Shown here: piece after piece, positions 1 through 14,029 of the stretch | Position numbering within the stretch: position 1 is the first letter of the stretch | Layout of the letters: every line of letters starts with the position of its first letter | NCBI GenBank assembly: GCA_043228905.1 | Contig: JBHGNT010000018.1 | Coordinates: 13,392,001-13,456,000, forward strand | DNA from: Azolla caroliniana | Taxonomy: Eukaryota > Plantae > Polypodiophyta | Reading direction: 5' to 3' | Length of the DNA stretch: 64,000 nucleotides | Translations under genes and position numbers: made by a program | Notes under the pieces: model-generated | Databases searched by the model: none | Seen by the model: the letters and a program-made list of their open reading frames with translations, nothing else | What the model was told of the DNA's origin: nothing

Positions 1-790
1 GGACGTTTCGCTGGTGACGGCCGTATCTTTTACCAATCTGCGACCGTCCTTCCGGTCTAATCATCACCGTTTGGGTTTGGGACTATCACCGGCAGGCTCT
101 TGTTTCGTTGTTGTCATGGAGGGTTGCGTCTCAACATCTTTGGCCGGTGGTTCCGTCTTTGTCATCCGCTGGGTGGTAGGAGAAGGTTGTGCATTCTCCT
201 CCCATTCGGTGGTAGTTAACTCTGCTAGCCGTCATTTCACGGATCGTGGTGGAGGCGTCGGTTCGCTTGGTGTGGAGGAGGGAATAGTACAGTAAGGTAC
301 TGTTGAATGATCGACCGGAGTTTCTTCCCAGCTTGATACGCGTATAGTCCTTTCCGAAGTGTTGGCCCCATGATTACACCCCAATGTATGGCACGTCCTT
401 CGAAGGTTTCGATGATGATGCCTGCTTTTTGTTTAGGAATCCCCTATGCATTGACATGTATGCATCTGACCTCCAGTAGGAACTTGGCGACTTCCCGAAA
501 AAATGGATTTGGAATGTCCTTCGTTTTGTATGCCTTAGCCGACGTTGAATATTCCCCAAAGTATTTCCCGAGCATTTCTGTAGGAGAAATGTCAAAGTGA
601 TTTTCCCCAATTGTCCATAACCCGAGTTTCTTCCGAATGGTGGCTTTCGTCACTGTTTCCACATCAACTTCTTGACTATGTCAAGAGCCTCAAGGTGCGG
701 TGGCGCTTCGGCGACCCTGATATAGCCCTCAAACCCCTTTTCCAAGAGCCATCTACGTAGAGCTGCAGAGATAGTGATCGGCATCGTGGG
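1..790 (-). pseudogene. Fragmented homolog of the extra ORF of gypsy element B (remnant of a related element)
   Basis: Minus-strand peptides ISAALRRWLLEKGFEG, GKYFGEYSTSAKAYKTK and IPKQKAGIIIETFEGRAIHW align with LSEATKKWL*QHGLEG, IKYFGEYSLASKGYKTQ and MPQNRAGLIIATYEGVKVDW of 17587-18561. Confidence 0.75.
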
Positions 791-879
791 TGGATGGGGC
801 TCGTGAAGGCTAGTCAAAGGTTTTAGTCTATGGTGAGCGCGAGCTCTGTGGTATGGTGGACAATGAGACCCCCCCACCC

Positions 880-1636
880 CAACAACAAATTGTCATGCAG
901 CCATGATTGTGTTGATTTCAAATAAGATACTATCTCCGTCTGTGTATTAGGGAACATTTGACATTCATATTAATACTGAACTAAGATGTATGTATCCGTG
1001 AACATTTGACCTTCATATTAGTACTATAATGACATATGTTATATCCATGTAACTGAGAAACGTCAGGAGGCTACTATGTATTAGTGAACATTTGACATTC
1101 ACATTAGTACTAAACTAATATGTATATTGTAATAAGTTTGGGACATAGTCAGAGTTGAATAGAGACTTAACACAATAGGGATTAGACTACTGGAATTGCT
1201 ACTTGAATAAGTTTGGGCCATATTGATGCTACTAAGTATTGACACTTGAATAAAGACTTCACACCCTTAACCCTAGAAACAAGCAACTCTATAATTACCA
1301 TGAACACTTACAAAACAAGCTCAGTAATTACTCTAAACACTTTAGAAGAAAGACGAAATATATTGATTCACTTGTCAATCATCAAATAGTGAACTACAAG
1401 AGGATGTTTTTCAGTCGCCAACTACAATGTATTAATAGGGTACCTTTCAAGCATTAAACAGAGAAACCTCCCCCAATATGTGCTCCTGAACCTCTTGGTG
1501 GACCTTGTAGACAATGTTGTATCCCTTAACCTTGTGCTTTGCTTGAGTCATATTAAACTTGATAGCAATAATGGCAGCAACGTAGATTATTGCGGTGGGT
1601 GCAACTTTTAATAATGCATGTGTTTTTGCATTGCAG
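880..1636 (-). mobile_element. Probable 3' part of a DNA transposon (C-terminal coding piece at 1447-1635 plus an AT-rich tail with repeats)
   Basis: Minus frame 1635-1447 reads CNAKTHALLK...IIAIKFNMTQAKHKVKGYNIVYKV...NA*. It lies directly outside the left end of element C, in the same orientation as the transposase-like gene at C's right end. Left boundary is uncertain. Confidence 0.4.
952..1265. repeat. Short dispersed direct repeats (possibly subterminal)
   Basis: gaacatttgac(a/c)ttca(t/c)atta(a/g)tact at ~952, ~1000 and ~1086; aataagtttggg twice; ttgaata(g/a)agactt twice. Confidence 0.7.
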
Positions 1637-1837
1637 TGTCGCGAAGTTTTGCGCGTGTGTGTTACTTGGGTGGGACCATAAAGGTCTTGGACTAGGGAGT
1701 ACGAAGGGATAGAGAAGACCCGAGGTTTGCTTTATGACAATACTACTTCCCGACCCCTTCCCGAGAAAGGGCTTTTGTTGATCACGACTCGTCGAGTTTT
1801 CGAGATCACCACATGAGCCAAGTGATCAAACGGGTAC
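1637..1837 (-). repeat. Distal (U5) part of the 3' LTR of element C
   Basis: Reverse complement ends ggtcccacc...cacacgcgcaaaacttcgcgaca, resembling the G LTR end ggtcccgcc...cacgcgcgtagtaacacgaca. It joins 22605 once A is removed. Confidence 0.7.
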
Positions 1838-1909
1838 TCTCAAGACTCGCGGTTAGGAGATAGAGCGAGAGCGAGAGCGATAACAAAAGAGACAGGGTGT
1901 GTGTGTGTG

Positions 1910-1951
<42 letters not shown>

Positions 1952-2323
1952 AGAGAGGGAGAGAGATAAGACTTGAAATAGAAATGAGATTATATTATGA
2001 GGAAACAAGATTACAATGAGTTGGCTAAGGGCTAAAGACTGGTGTTGAACCGAATGAGTTGAAATGAATGTATGGACACTTATTTATAGATCCTTATGGA
2101 GTATTCTAGAATGTTCTAGAATATTTTAGATATTTATGATAAGAAATATAATCATGAAATATTAAAGGATGTTCTAGAATATTCTAAATATCCCGTAATA
2201 ACTAAAAATATAATTATTATAATCACACAACATGTATGTTATTACAATGGTTAAGGGTTCAACACATAGACCAAGAAGTCGTGGATTCGATTCTTGGTAA
2301 GCCAAAATGTTGTCTTCATGACA
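1838..2323 (-). repeat. 3' LTR of A
   Basis: Near-identical to 21889-22604 and 62202-62687; ends catgaca; contains GA and GT microsatellites; TATAAATA on the minus strand near 2081-2088. Confidence 0.92.
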
Positions 2324-5300
2324 TTATCCCCCCTTTCGATGACGAGTTCCACAAGTCAGAAGACAAGAGTTCGGACTTGGTTTATGGGGATATTTGTCGT
2401 GAAATGCAACAACCATGTCGGAGGCATTAGCAAGATGCTCGGCAAGCTCCCATGTTTGATCATTAGGTGTATAACTAAACCAATAAACCAAATAATATAG
2501 TTCGTTGCGGATGATCTTGGAGTCGGGAATGGTAGCAACCTCATATTCAGAGCCTATGGAAACTTCGATTGCAGGTGGGGGAGGTGTAGGATGACCCGGA
2601 ATAGAGCTTGTTATGTAGGGCTCCAAAAGTGAAACATGGAAGACCAGGTGAAGACGCATATGAGGAGGGAGATCAAGACGAAATGTCACAACATTGATCT
2701 TACCAGAGATCACATATGGGCCGAAACGTTGATAATCCAATTTGTAGCAAGGTCAGGTTGTTTTAATGCTACCTTGTAAGAGCCATACACGATCTCCTAC
2801 TTGAAACTTAGTCGATGAATCACGTAGATGACGATCAAGAATCTTCTTTTGAGTGTTTTGGGCATCATATAAATGATGCAAAAGTATATCATGAACTTCT
2901 TGGAGTCGAGTGAGCCGATCTTGGGCAGCCGGGTTTTTCGGGAGTTCGGGATGTTCAAGCATCGTCCAATGAGGATGGTACCCAATGTTAGCAAAAAATG
3001 GGGAATATCCAATAGAAGAATGTTCGGAATTGTTGTAAGCAAATTCCGCCAAATGTAATAAATCCACCCAATCATCTTGTTGATAGTTGACAAAACAACG
3101 TAGATATTGTTTGACTGTTTGGTTGGTGTGCTCACTCTACCCATTAGTCTCTAGATGGTAGCCGGAAGAGAGTTTACAAGAAGTATGTAAGAGTTTGAAC
3201 ATGTGCTGCCAAAATTTCGAGATGAATTGGGGACCCCGATCAATGATAATGTCATCCGGAAGACCATGATGGTGAAACACCTCCCACATGAGTAAATCGG
3301 TTGTCTCTTGACTAGTAATGGTCTTCGTACATGGAAGGAAATGCGCCATCTTCGTAAAATGATCGACTACCGTGAGCATAGAATCAAATCCCTTGGGATC
3401 TTTGGAAGATCCGTACTAAAGTCCAAGGAAATAGATTTCCATGGGCTCTCCAGAATAGGCATTGGTTGTAATGGGCCATATGGATGATGTTGAGGCTTTT
3501 TTGATCACCAACATGTATCACAACTACGAACATAATCCGTAACAAAATGGCGAAAGCTGTGGCCACCAATATCGGCGAGAAATCAACTCAAAAGTCTTGT
3601 GGATGCCGAAATGTCCATCCATTCGCGTGTCATGACATTGTTGCACGACTTTGAGTCAAGAAGGACCGTCAGGCACATACAAGAGAGTTTGTCGAAAAAG
3701 CAAACCATCATGCCAACTGAACTGGGTGTAGTCTAGATAAGGATTTTGAGATTGGGAGCTGGAACCACGACCTGGGATAATATGACTCAAAACCTCTTGG
3801 GCGAATGCATCGGTCGCAATCTTCTCCCGAATGGAATCAAGACGCCTTGAATCTCCCGGTGTGTTGATAGTATGCATTGCCATTACTCGTAGACAATCAA
3901 GACCTAAGAGGATTTGCTTTTGACTTTCAAATGCGGCCTCTCCTAGTTGAAGTTCCATATACGAACATCGAGATAAAGCATCTGCTTTTCCTTGTTGCAT
4001 CCCAGGGCAAGTTAACAAATATGCCCAACGAGCTTGTGGACGATTCAAGACTCAAGCACTTTGGAAGTATGTTAGATTTTTGTGATCATTGTAGACAATA
4101 ATTTGTTGAGAAGAGCCCTCCAAAAAATGACGCCATTGTTGAAAAGAATCCACAATGGCAAGAAGATCTTTGTCGTGAATCTCATAGTTGATTTCTGCGG
4201 CTTCAAATTTCCGTGAGTGAAAAGCCACAAGGTGCAGTTCGCCATCTTCGCCAATCTGGGATAGTACGCTTCCGAGTTTAAAATTAGATGCATCAACTTC
4301 AAGTATAAAGCGCCTCATTGGATCGACATGTATTAAAATTGGTGCAGATGTAAATGCTTGCTTTAAACCCTCAAATGTAGAGTTCGTATCTATACCCCAT
4401 ACAAATGGTTGATTCTTGCGCGTTAGTTGAGTGAGGGGAAATACAATCTTTGAATAATCTTTGATGAACTTGCGATAAAAGTTTGCGAATCCAAAAAACA
4501 TTGTACATCTCACATAGACTATGGTGTTAGCCAATCCAAAATTGCTCAAACCTTTGATGGATCTATAGAGATGCCATTTGAAGAGACTATGTACCCCAAA
4601 AACTCCACTTAACACTGGTCGAAACTACACTTCTCCAATTTTGCATAGAGACCATACTCTCGTAACCGTTGCAAAACTTGGCGAACATGTATCTCATGCT
4701 CCTCTTGATTTTTTGAGTAGATCAAGATATCATCCAAGTAAACTATGATGAAGATATCGAGGAAGTCTCGAAAAATGTCATTCACCATATGTTGGAAAAC
4801 TATTGGTGCATTCGTGACACCAAATGGCATCACTGTATACTCAAAATGACCATAGCGAGTGCGGAACGCGGTCTTCCATTCATCCCAGGACGAATTCGAA
4901 CAAGATTGTAGGCACCTCGAAGATCTAACTTCGTGAAATACTTTGCTCCAATGAGGCGTTCTAGAAGGCTTGAGATCAATGGTAGAGCATATCGGTTTCT
5001 AATAGTCACTTTATTCAAGCCCCGATAATCCACGACCATACGAATCATACCATCTTTCTTCTTAACAAAAAAGATGGGTGCACCAGTAGGAGATCTTGAA
5101 TGTTGGATAAAATCATTTGCCAGGTTCTGATCGATATATTCTCGAAGAACCTCTAATTCCATGGGCAAAAGGTTATAAATTGGCCCCCATGGAGGCTTTT
5201 TTCCTAGCCGCAAATCAATTGGGCAATCATATGGTCGATGCTCTAGTAGTCTATTAGCCTTCAACTTATCGAACACATCGGCAAATTCTATGTACTTCTT

Positions 5301-5897
5301 TGGTAATTGGACCCCCAATTCTTGTGAGCTAGATGAGGGAGTTGCTAAAACCGCAAACATCATCATGTCTTCCATCCTTCCATCCTCTCGTAACTGATGT
5401 AGAGAGATTGTTGAAATCGTGTGGGATCCTAGATCCTTTGTTGGAGTTTTAAGAGACTCAGACTGTATTGTGACCTCTTCAATGGTTCTTTTTCTCCAAT
5501 CAATAGTTGGGTTATGTAGCTCAAACCGTGGAAGACCAAGAACTAGGGAGTGCTTTGGACTACTAATGATGTTGAATGACATGACACTAGCCAAATTACC
5601 TAGGACTACACGAATTGGTTCAGACTCTTCGACTATATCACCTGATGCTATAGGGCGACCATCAATGCATCCTACAACTATTAGGTTCAGGAGCTTATTC
5701 AAGATGATATTTTGGGTCAATGCAAACTTGTGATCCATGAAACAAGAATTGGCTCCGGAATCTAGGAGGGCAGAGGCTAGAACTCGATGACCTGTAGATG
5801 TGCTAAGCTCGACTTGTGCAGAGAAAACTCTACTAACTTGATTTGATGAAATGGAACCACAACTAGGTACTGACTCTACATATCTAGGATGGTCCAA
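2324..5897 (-). pseudogene. pol: pol of A (protease, RT, RNase H, integrase, chromodomain), broken
   Basis: LLDSGA protease, YLDD RT, RNase H EIHDKDLLAIV, integrase DHFTKMAHF/DRGPQF, chromodomain EYEV...YLVYW; several stops and frameshifts. Confidence 0.93.
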
Positions 5898-6000
5898 CCA
5901 AATGGCTCCTATTTTGGCCAGACTTATTCATTTAACACATCCTCTAATTGGCTCAAGACATCAAATCTGATAGAATTGATGCATTAAGGCTGCCTCATCC

Positions 6001-6435
6001 TGTTACCCGGCCGGCAAAGACCAAGGTGTGAAAAGGGGAATTGTTATTTAGGAATCTGTTGAAATTACTAGTCTTAATATATAGATTAATATATGAGAAG
6101 ATGTGGACAGACGGACCGGAATCGGTATGCTGATCCGGATCTGGAAAGGTGTCGGTTGGCATCGTTTTGTACTTCGCACCGGTGACCTATATAAAGGCCC
6201 GGTTATAATGTAGTCATTAACGGAGAGTAATATAAACCTTTTGTTTAATCATTGAGTATTGTTCACCGTTCTCTGCTTATTGTATATCTTACGCGTGTTA
6301 ATGATGTATTGCTAAGTAACCGATTAAGGTCCAATTAAGCGTTGTGTCATAAGTTATCTCGCCGTAACACCCTTTGGTGAAGTGTCTTAAGTGGACACCC
6401 TGTGTTAGGCTGTTGTCCGGCCCTAAGGATTAACA
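6001..6435 (+). repeat. 5' LTR of B
   Basis: Highly similar to 20761-21206; TG...CA ends; TATA-like tatataaag near 6188. Confidence 0.95.
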
Positions 6436-6442
6436 CAGTTTT

Positions 6443-6453
6443 TCGCGACCACG
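6443..6453 (+). promoter_or_regulatory. Probable tRNA-Arg PBS of B (degenerate)
   Basis: tcgcgaccacg lies just after the LTR and is one mismatch from TGGCGACCAC. Confidence 0.5.
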
Positions 6454-6490
6454 ATTCCTGGACAATCGCAGTGAACAGCGGCGGGAATGG

Positions 6491-8856
6491 ATGACTAGGC
6501 CAACGGATGACCTGGTTACGGAGAGAGCAAGTCGACTTGCTGAACGACAAAGGCGGCGAGAGGCTTTCCACCAAGCGGCAAAAGAAATCCGATCGGATCG
6601 ATCATTTTCCAAAGTTATCCAGAAAGTGGTGGAGGAATCGCTCCGTCTGCAACAAAACGCCTACCCGAACGAAGGAAGCAGCTTAAGCAGTCTCCGGGAA
6701 GTGGAATCCCTTCTCCAGGCATTGGCTGGAGGAGCCGGCGAATCGGAAGCATTTTTTGCGCTGGAATCGGATTCGGAAGGGGGTTACAACGCGCACACAA
6801 ACTATCGTAGTAGTAACGACACCTCGGAAAGACCGGAGGACGAGGAGTTGGATACATTACCGACACCGGAACCAGAATTGTCAGACCGGGAACCTCTAGC
6901 ACTAGACATGGAGCAACCTCCGGAGACGGAAGAGGACAAAGAAAGACATCTGACACCGGAAGTCGAGCCGGCAACACCGAAGGGGGACCGACAAAGACCT
7001 CCGACTCTGACAGAAGACCAAAAACGACCTCCGAAGCCGACGGAAGAGCAGGAAAGACCACCGACACTGCCAGCCCGCACACCAACACCAGACGACGACA
7101 TGCCGTTCCAGTACCCCAAGTATAAGGATGACCCGGATGCGGAGGCTCGTGTTCACGCTTTTCAACAAACATGGGCGGCGAACCATGTGTCACAACCGTT
7201 AACTGCAACCGAAGAGGAACGATCTTAGATAGCCGAATTTGGCGTGACATTGGAAGGACTGGCCGCCAGATGGCACCGGACGCAGGACCCCAGCACCATC
7301 ACCACCTTTGCGGACCTGAAAACTAAATTCTTGCATTTCTTTCAGAAGGAGGTGGACCAGAGAGAAATGGTAGGCCTATTTTATACCATCCGGCAGGAAC
7401 TTGGGGAGAGCATTCTGCAGTTTGTCATCCGGTTTCAACGGATGCACAGTCAGTTTACCTGAGCACCTCCGGAGGAAGAAACATGGGCTATATTCTTAGC
7501 TGTGCTCCAGGAACCTCTACAGACAATATGCATGGTCATCGACTTTCGCACAAGTACCGTCGACCAGGTCATCGACCGGGTTAGAGAAATGGAGAAAAGA
7601 AGCTCTTGGCTAACAATGGGAGCACTCCAACGAGCGTTACCAACCGATGAGGATCTCCGGTTTCGACAAGCCATTCAATGCACAACATGCCTAAATGCCG
7701 GACACTCAGCACTAGAATGTACCATGCGATCGAAATGTCTACTGTGCCATTCCAAGAACCACACAATGGAGCAGTGCGAGTACAATTTCTTGAATCGCCA
7801 AGCACCACTGGTTCGGCAAATCGAACCACGAAGTACCAAGGAGGAGGAAGAAGAACGTTGGAGGCACGAAGAGCGATGCCGATCGGCACAGGATGTCCGG
7901 TACAGGGACAACCCTGACCGGTATGAGAGATATGATCGGTACTGGGATTACAATGGACGGTATGAAAGATACAATCGGGACCAATCCCCCAGTTACAACC
8001 AACGACAGGAAGCCTACGGCAGACATGATGAGCAGCCCCGTCAAGAGTATCAGAACAAAAAGAAACGCTATTTCAAGAACAGGGGTCACCTACGGGTACT
8101 AGAGAAGGGCGCCTCAAGCAGCCAACCGGATCAAAGCCCCGCCGTTACTATAGGTCCTCCACCAGGAGTAGGAAACAACGCCGAATCCAGCACCTCTCGA
8201 AAAGCATATTGCTAATATTGCCGACAAGAAGGACATTATAGTAATCAATGCCCGGCAAAGAGCTATGATAAACGACCGGCGGTGAATATGGTAGTCACCG
8301 AAGTCGCAGACCTGCAACAGGTAACCACAAGATCGAAGGGTAAGGCGACGGAATGGGAGGCACAAGAGGCCATCCGCAAACAAGCAACCGAATGGGTAAA
8401 AAAGGCGAATGCGCGAAACATGGCAGAGCCTGCGTAGCAAAAGGAAAATACCGAAGAGCTCGCCAACGGCAGTCAGCCCGAAAATGCGACATGGCAGGCA
8501 TTGCAGGAATGCCAAATCACGCTGCCATTAGGACGGCTCCTACAGCTAGTGCGCAGATTCACAGAAGGACTCAAGACAGGCATGACGGCAGGAGAAACAC
8601 CACCGGCTCCAACATTCTTCTCAAATCCGAAGGAGGGACCAACGGTAGTAGACACAAACAGTCCGGCGATTATAGCCATCGTGAAGGGAAAGGAGTTACC
8701 CGGAACAATAATAGATGGAGGATCCGGCGTCAATGTGATTTTTCTCCGAACGTGCAAAACCGTGGGAATCCAAGAGTGGGAACCATGCACATTCTGGCTG
8801 CGGATGGTGGATACAAGCTCAGTGCGACCGACTGGCTTGATACGAGATTTTGATGT
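6491..8856 (+). pseudogene. gag: gag-protease of B
   Basis: One reading frame with in-frame stops; three CX2CX4HX4C knuckles (CTTCLNAGHSALEC, CLLCHSKNHTMEQC, C*YCRQEGHYSNQC); protease IIDGGSG; cut by B1 at RDFD|VTIGG. Confidence 0.88.
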
Positions 8857-11800
8857 TGGTAGGAAACAGGTCCCTCCAGATGGGAAGACCTAGTGAGAAC
8901 CGGATGAGGAGTACCTGGAAACGGAAGACCTGGTGAGAACCGGATGAGGAGTACCCGGAAACAGAAGACCCGGTGAGAACCTGATGATGAGTGCCCGGCA
9001 AGCGCCGGATGATGCAGGCCCGGTGAGGAGTGCTCACCGGATGAAGGGACATATTCGTAGATATGTTTCTGAGAGTCCATCAGGGCTATATTTGTAAATA
9101 GCCGAAAAGTCATATTAGTTTAAATATGACTTAGGGCAAACTTAGTGAATAGGTTGTTGTCATTCTTGTTGTCATTCTCTTCATATGATTCTAAGCTCGG
9201 TTGTGGCTGAGCGTTGTTCATCGAGAGCGCGTAATTCTTGTCAAACTGGTATCAGAGCGAAATGACACAGAAAATGGACGAATCATTGGGAGGCATGTTC
9301 AAGCTCACTGGCTCCAACTATTCCGTGTGGAAGTCGAAGATGAGGGACATGCTCGTGGTTAAAGATCTTTGGTTGCCGGTTCAGTTCGGGGACAAGAGAC
9401 CGAACAAAATCGACGCCACGATATGGGAGGTGATGCACATGAAGACAACGACGTACATATGGTGCTTCATCGACATGAGCCTATACAACAACTTCAATGA
9501 AGAGAGCAAGGCTCATGAGCTCTGGGAGAAGATCGGCATTATGTTTCAAAACAAAAATGTTGTTAACCAGGTTTCGGTATTCCGGAAGCTAGTAAGACTC
9601 CGGTACCAAGATGGCTCCAGCATGGTGGACCACATGAATGCCTTCCAGGGGCTGATACACCAGGCAACATCATTGGAATTACCTCTCACCGATGAGGTAC
9701 TAGCGCTACTCCTGCTTGGTTCCCTCCCGGATAGCTGGGAGACGTTGGTTGTCACTTTGGGCAACACCGGGCCGGAAGGGAAACAGTTATCCCTAGCAAG
9801 AGTGAAGTCGAGCTTGCTAGATGAGGAGGCGTGTCGGAAAGATAAGGATACGAGCTCCAACTCCAAAGCGCTCCTTACCGAATCGGAATGCGGAAGACAA
9901 AGGAACCGTAGCCCCCAGAACCGGGAAAAGTCGGGGACGCGGTCAAAGTCAAGGGGAGGCCTACTTGCTTCTATTGCGGCAAGCCGAGACACTTCCAGAC
10001 GAACTGTCGGCATTTCTGAAAAGACAAGGAAACCGACGGTACCGATTCGAAGCGGACACCGGACCGGAACGGTAAAGACCGGAGGGGGCCGGACCGGAAG
10101 GGAACGACGGCAATCGCGGCAAGTGAAGAAGAGTTGATGCTCATCACCGAGGAGAGTGAGCTAAACCTTGCCAGCGACGAGATGACCTGGGTGTTCGACT
10201 CCGAAGCGTCATTCCAGCTTACACCGGACCTGAAATGCTTCTCATCCTACTCAGCCGGTGATCACGGCTGTGTCCGGATGGGGAATGAAGGTACATGCCG
10301 AATTGTCGGCATAGGAGATGTGTGGTTGACAACACCAACTGGATGCAAGCTGCTACTGAAGGATGTCTGACACGTTCCGGAGGTTCGTCTGATAGCCGGC
10401 CGGCTAGATGATAAAGGCTACACGGGTAGCATCCGAAACGGTGTTATGAAGTTCAGCAAAGGGAGCCTGATTGTGGCTCGGGCCCAGAAGGTCAACACCC
10501 TGTACTTGATGAATGCCTACTTATGTCCGGAGGAAGTGAACGTGGCATCCGACACTGCCGGTGAGCTGTGGCACAAGAGGCTGTGTCACATGAGCGAGAA
10601 GGGGATGAAGAGGCTTGCAGACGACAACCTCATTCTAGTGAAGAACATGCACTTGGAGAAGTGCACTGATTGTCTGGCCAGTAAACAAAACCGGACCTCC
10701 TTCCGATCGAGGCCACCGATGAGACGTAATGCACCACTGGAGTTAGTGCATACTGATGTATGTCAAGTGGACACGAAGTCACATGCCGGATCGCAGTACT
10801 TCGTGGCGTTCATAGATGACCATAGCCGGAAGCTGTGGGCCACACCGTTGAAGAAGAAGGATCAGGTGTTATTCGTCTTCAAAGAGCTCCACGCGAGAGT
10901 GGAAAGAGAAATCGGCCGGAAGCTGAAGGTGGTTCGAGCAGATAACGGAGGTGAATACCGGGTGCAGTTCAAGGAGTACTATCGCTCGAAGGGAATATGG
11001 CTCGAATTTACCATGCCGAGGACGCCGGAACTAAACGGGTTGGCCGAGAGGATGAACCGGACCATAATGGAGAGGGTCCGGGGTATGCTGGCGCATGCAA
11101 AACTACCCAAGAAGTTTTGGGTTGAGGCAGTGTCGACGACAACATATGTGATAAACAGATCACCCTCAGTACCCTTGGACGGAGACATGCCATAGAGAGT
11201 CTGGACCGGTAAGGTAGTGTCCTATCGGCATCTGAAGATATTCAGGTGTCTTGCGTATGTGCATGTAGCTAAGGACCGGAGAGGAAAACTAGATCTGAAG
11301 ACCCGGGCATGCATATTCCTTGGTTACGGTGACAATGAGTTCGGCTACCGAGTGTGGGACCTAGTCGACAAGAAGGTATTCCGGCGTCGAGATATTATCT
11401 TCATGGAGGACAAGACCCTTGCTGACTGGGAGTCGGAGAAGAAGATAATGAACTCCGATGAGATATTATCTTCATGGAGGACAAGACGCTCGCCGACTGG
11501 GAGTCGGAGAAGAAGATAATGAACTCCGAGTCAACCGGTAAGGAACGATTCTACGATGAGCAGACCCAACCGGCAAGAGACCGGTTAGCACTCGAGGAAC
11601 CAGCCGGTTACGGTGAGGATACCGAACCGGCAGAAGAAGAAGTAGAGGAAGCTGAAACTAGAACCGGCCAAGACCCCGAATCGGATTCGGATGAAGCGCA
11701 AATGGAGGAACCGGTTACCGAAGCCCAAAGACGGAGATATCCTCTCAGAGAGAGAAGGCCCCTACGGAGATTTCCGGGTGCAGAGCATGTGCTGCTAACC

Positions 11801-14024
11801 GATGAGGGGGAGCCAGAATTCTTCGAAGAAGCGAAGGATGACACCCACAACCGAAAATGGTTAAGTGCCATGCAGGATGAGATGGATTCCCTGCATGAGA
11901 ACCATACGTACGAATTGGTGGAGTTGCCGAAAGGAAAGCGGGCACTCCGAAACAAGTGGGTGTACAAGTTGAAACCAGGAGATGCCGGCAACCCCCCGAG
12001 ATACAAATCCAGGATCATGGTGAAGGGGTTCCTGCAGAAGAAGGGCGTGGACTTCGACGAGATATTTTCCCCGGTAGTAAAGATGACCTCCATCCGGACG
12101 GTGGTGCCAGCATGGACCTCGAGGCAGAGCAGTTGGACGTGAAGATGACATTCCTTCACGGTGACCTCAAAGAGAAGATCTACATGCACCAACCGGAAGG
12201 ATTCGTGGAGAAAGGGAAGGAGCAACTGGTTTGCCAGTTGAAGAAGAGCTTGTACGGACTGAAGCAGGTTCCCCGACAATGGTACCGGAAGTTCGACTCC
12301 TTCATGACCGATCAAGGGTAGCACAAGACGCAGGCCGATCACTGTGTGTTTGTGAAGAAGTTCGAAGGAGGCGACTTCCTGATACTCCTTCTGTACGTGG
12401 ACAACATGTTGATCGTCGGACGGGACCAAGCCAAAATACGGATGCTGAAGAAGGCTCTGAATCGGACCTTCTCAACCAGACCTTCCGGCAAGACATATGC
12501 TGGGGATGCATATTATCTGGAACCGGTTAGTGAAACAATTGTGGCTGTCACAGGACAAGTACGTGACAAAGGTGCTTCAACGGTTCAACATGTCAAATGT
12601 GAAACCGGTCGGATCGACACTTCTGGCAAACTACAGGTTATCCGGTAAGCAAAGCCCGAAGACAAAAGCAGAGAAGGCTGATATGATGAAGGTTCCATAT
12701 GCCTCTGCCGTCGGGAGCTTAATGTACGCAATGGTGTGTACCCGACCAGATAAAGGATACGCAGTCGGAGTGGTGAGCCGGTTCATGAGCAATCCCGGGA
12801 AGGAGCACTGGAACGCGGTCAAATGGATACTCCAGTACTTGAAGGGCACTTCAAATATGTGTCTCTGATTCAACTCCGGTAAACCTCAACTTGACGGTTT
12901 TACCGATTCGGACATGTTGGCTGATGTGGATACCAGCCGGTCTACATCCGGGTATGTAATGACATATGCAGGGGGAGCTGTTTCGTGGCAGTCGAGGTTG
13001 CAGAAGACAGTTGCGTTGTCAACCACGGAGGCGGAGTACATGGCGGTTGTGGAGGCCGGCAAGGAAATATTATGGATGAAGGACTTCATCGGAGAGCTCG
13101 GTATCCGGCAAGATGAATACCGGCTCTATTGCGATAGTCAAAGTGCCATCCACCTTGCTAAGAATGTGGCCTACCATTCCCGGACGAAGCATATGCAGCG
13201 AAGGTATCATTAGATCCGGGAAAGAGTAGATGACCAGGAGTTCGCGCTGACAAAGATCCACACGGCCGAGAACGGGTCAGATATGCTGACCAAAGTACTG
13301 ATACCCGACAAGCTGGAAGCATGCCGGAAGCGGATCGGACTAGTAAGACATCCCATGCCGGAGTGAAGAGGGAGTTTGTTAGGAAACAGGTCCCTCCGGA
13401 TGGGAAGACCCGGTGAGAACCGGATGAGGAGTACCCGGAAACGGAAGACCCGGTGACAACCGGATGATGAGTGCCCGGCAAGCGCCGGATGATGAGTGCC
13501 CAGCAAGCGCCGGATGATGTAGGCCCGGTGAGGAGTGCTGACCTGATGAAGGGACATATTCGTAGATATGTTTCTGAGAGTCCATCGGGGCTATATCGGT
13601 AAATAGCCAAAAAGTCATATTAGTATAAATAGGACTTAGGGCAAACTTGATGAATAGGTTGTTGTCATTCTTGTTGGTGAAAAAAAAAGATTAGAGTGCA
13701 ACAGTGTACAGAGAGAGAGAGAGAGAGAGAGACAAAGAAACGAAGAGGTTGTTGCCTCTATTGTAACCGCCGCCTGTGGCGAAGATCGTGAGCACGAAGT
13801 CGTTGCCTCCATGAGCTCACTATTGTAATCATTGTGATATAGTGATAGTTTGCAGTCTTTGGGCTGCCGTGGTTTTTCCCGTATTCGGGTTTTCCACGTA
13901 AACATCCTGTGTACTATTCTCTCCATTGTGTCGTGCATTCATTCCCCATTTTTTTTCTGTGTTTTATGATTCTAAGCTCGGTTGTGGCCGAGCGTTGTTC
14001 ACTGAGAGCACGTAGTTCTTGTCA
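8857..14024 (+). mobile_element. Ty1/copia element B1, inserted in the protease of B
   Basis: LTRs at 8857-9243 (internally deleted) and 13377-14024; TSD gatgt; PBS tggtatcagagc (tRNA-iMet) at 9247-9258; PPT gtgaagagggagt. Confidence 0.95.
9262..13366 (+). pseudogene. gag-pol of copia B1
   Basis: Gag, WVFDS protease, GAG-pre-integrase WHKRLCH, integrase DDHSRK/DNGGEY, RT YVDN, RNase H SRTKH; many breaks. Confidence 0.93.
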
Positions 14025-14029
14025 GATGT

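Noticed and set aside
11389-11529. ~70-bp tandem duplication in the B1 integrase
   Set aside because: A simple slippage or repair lesion that breaks the frame.
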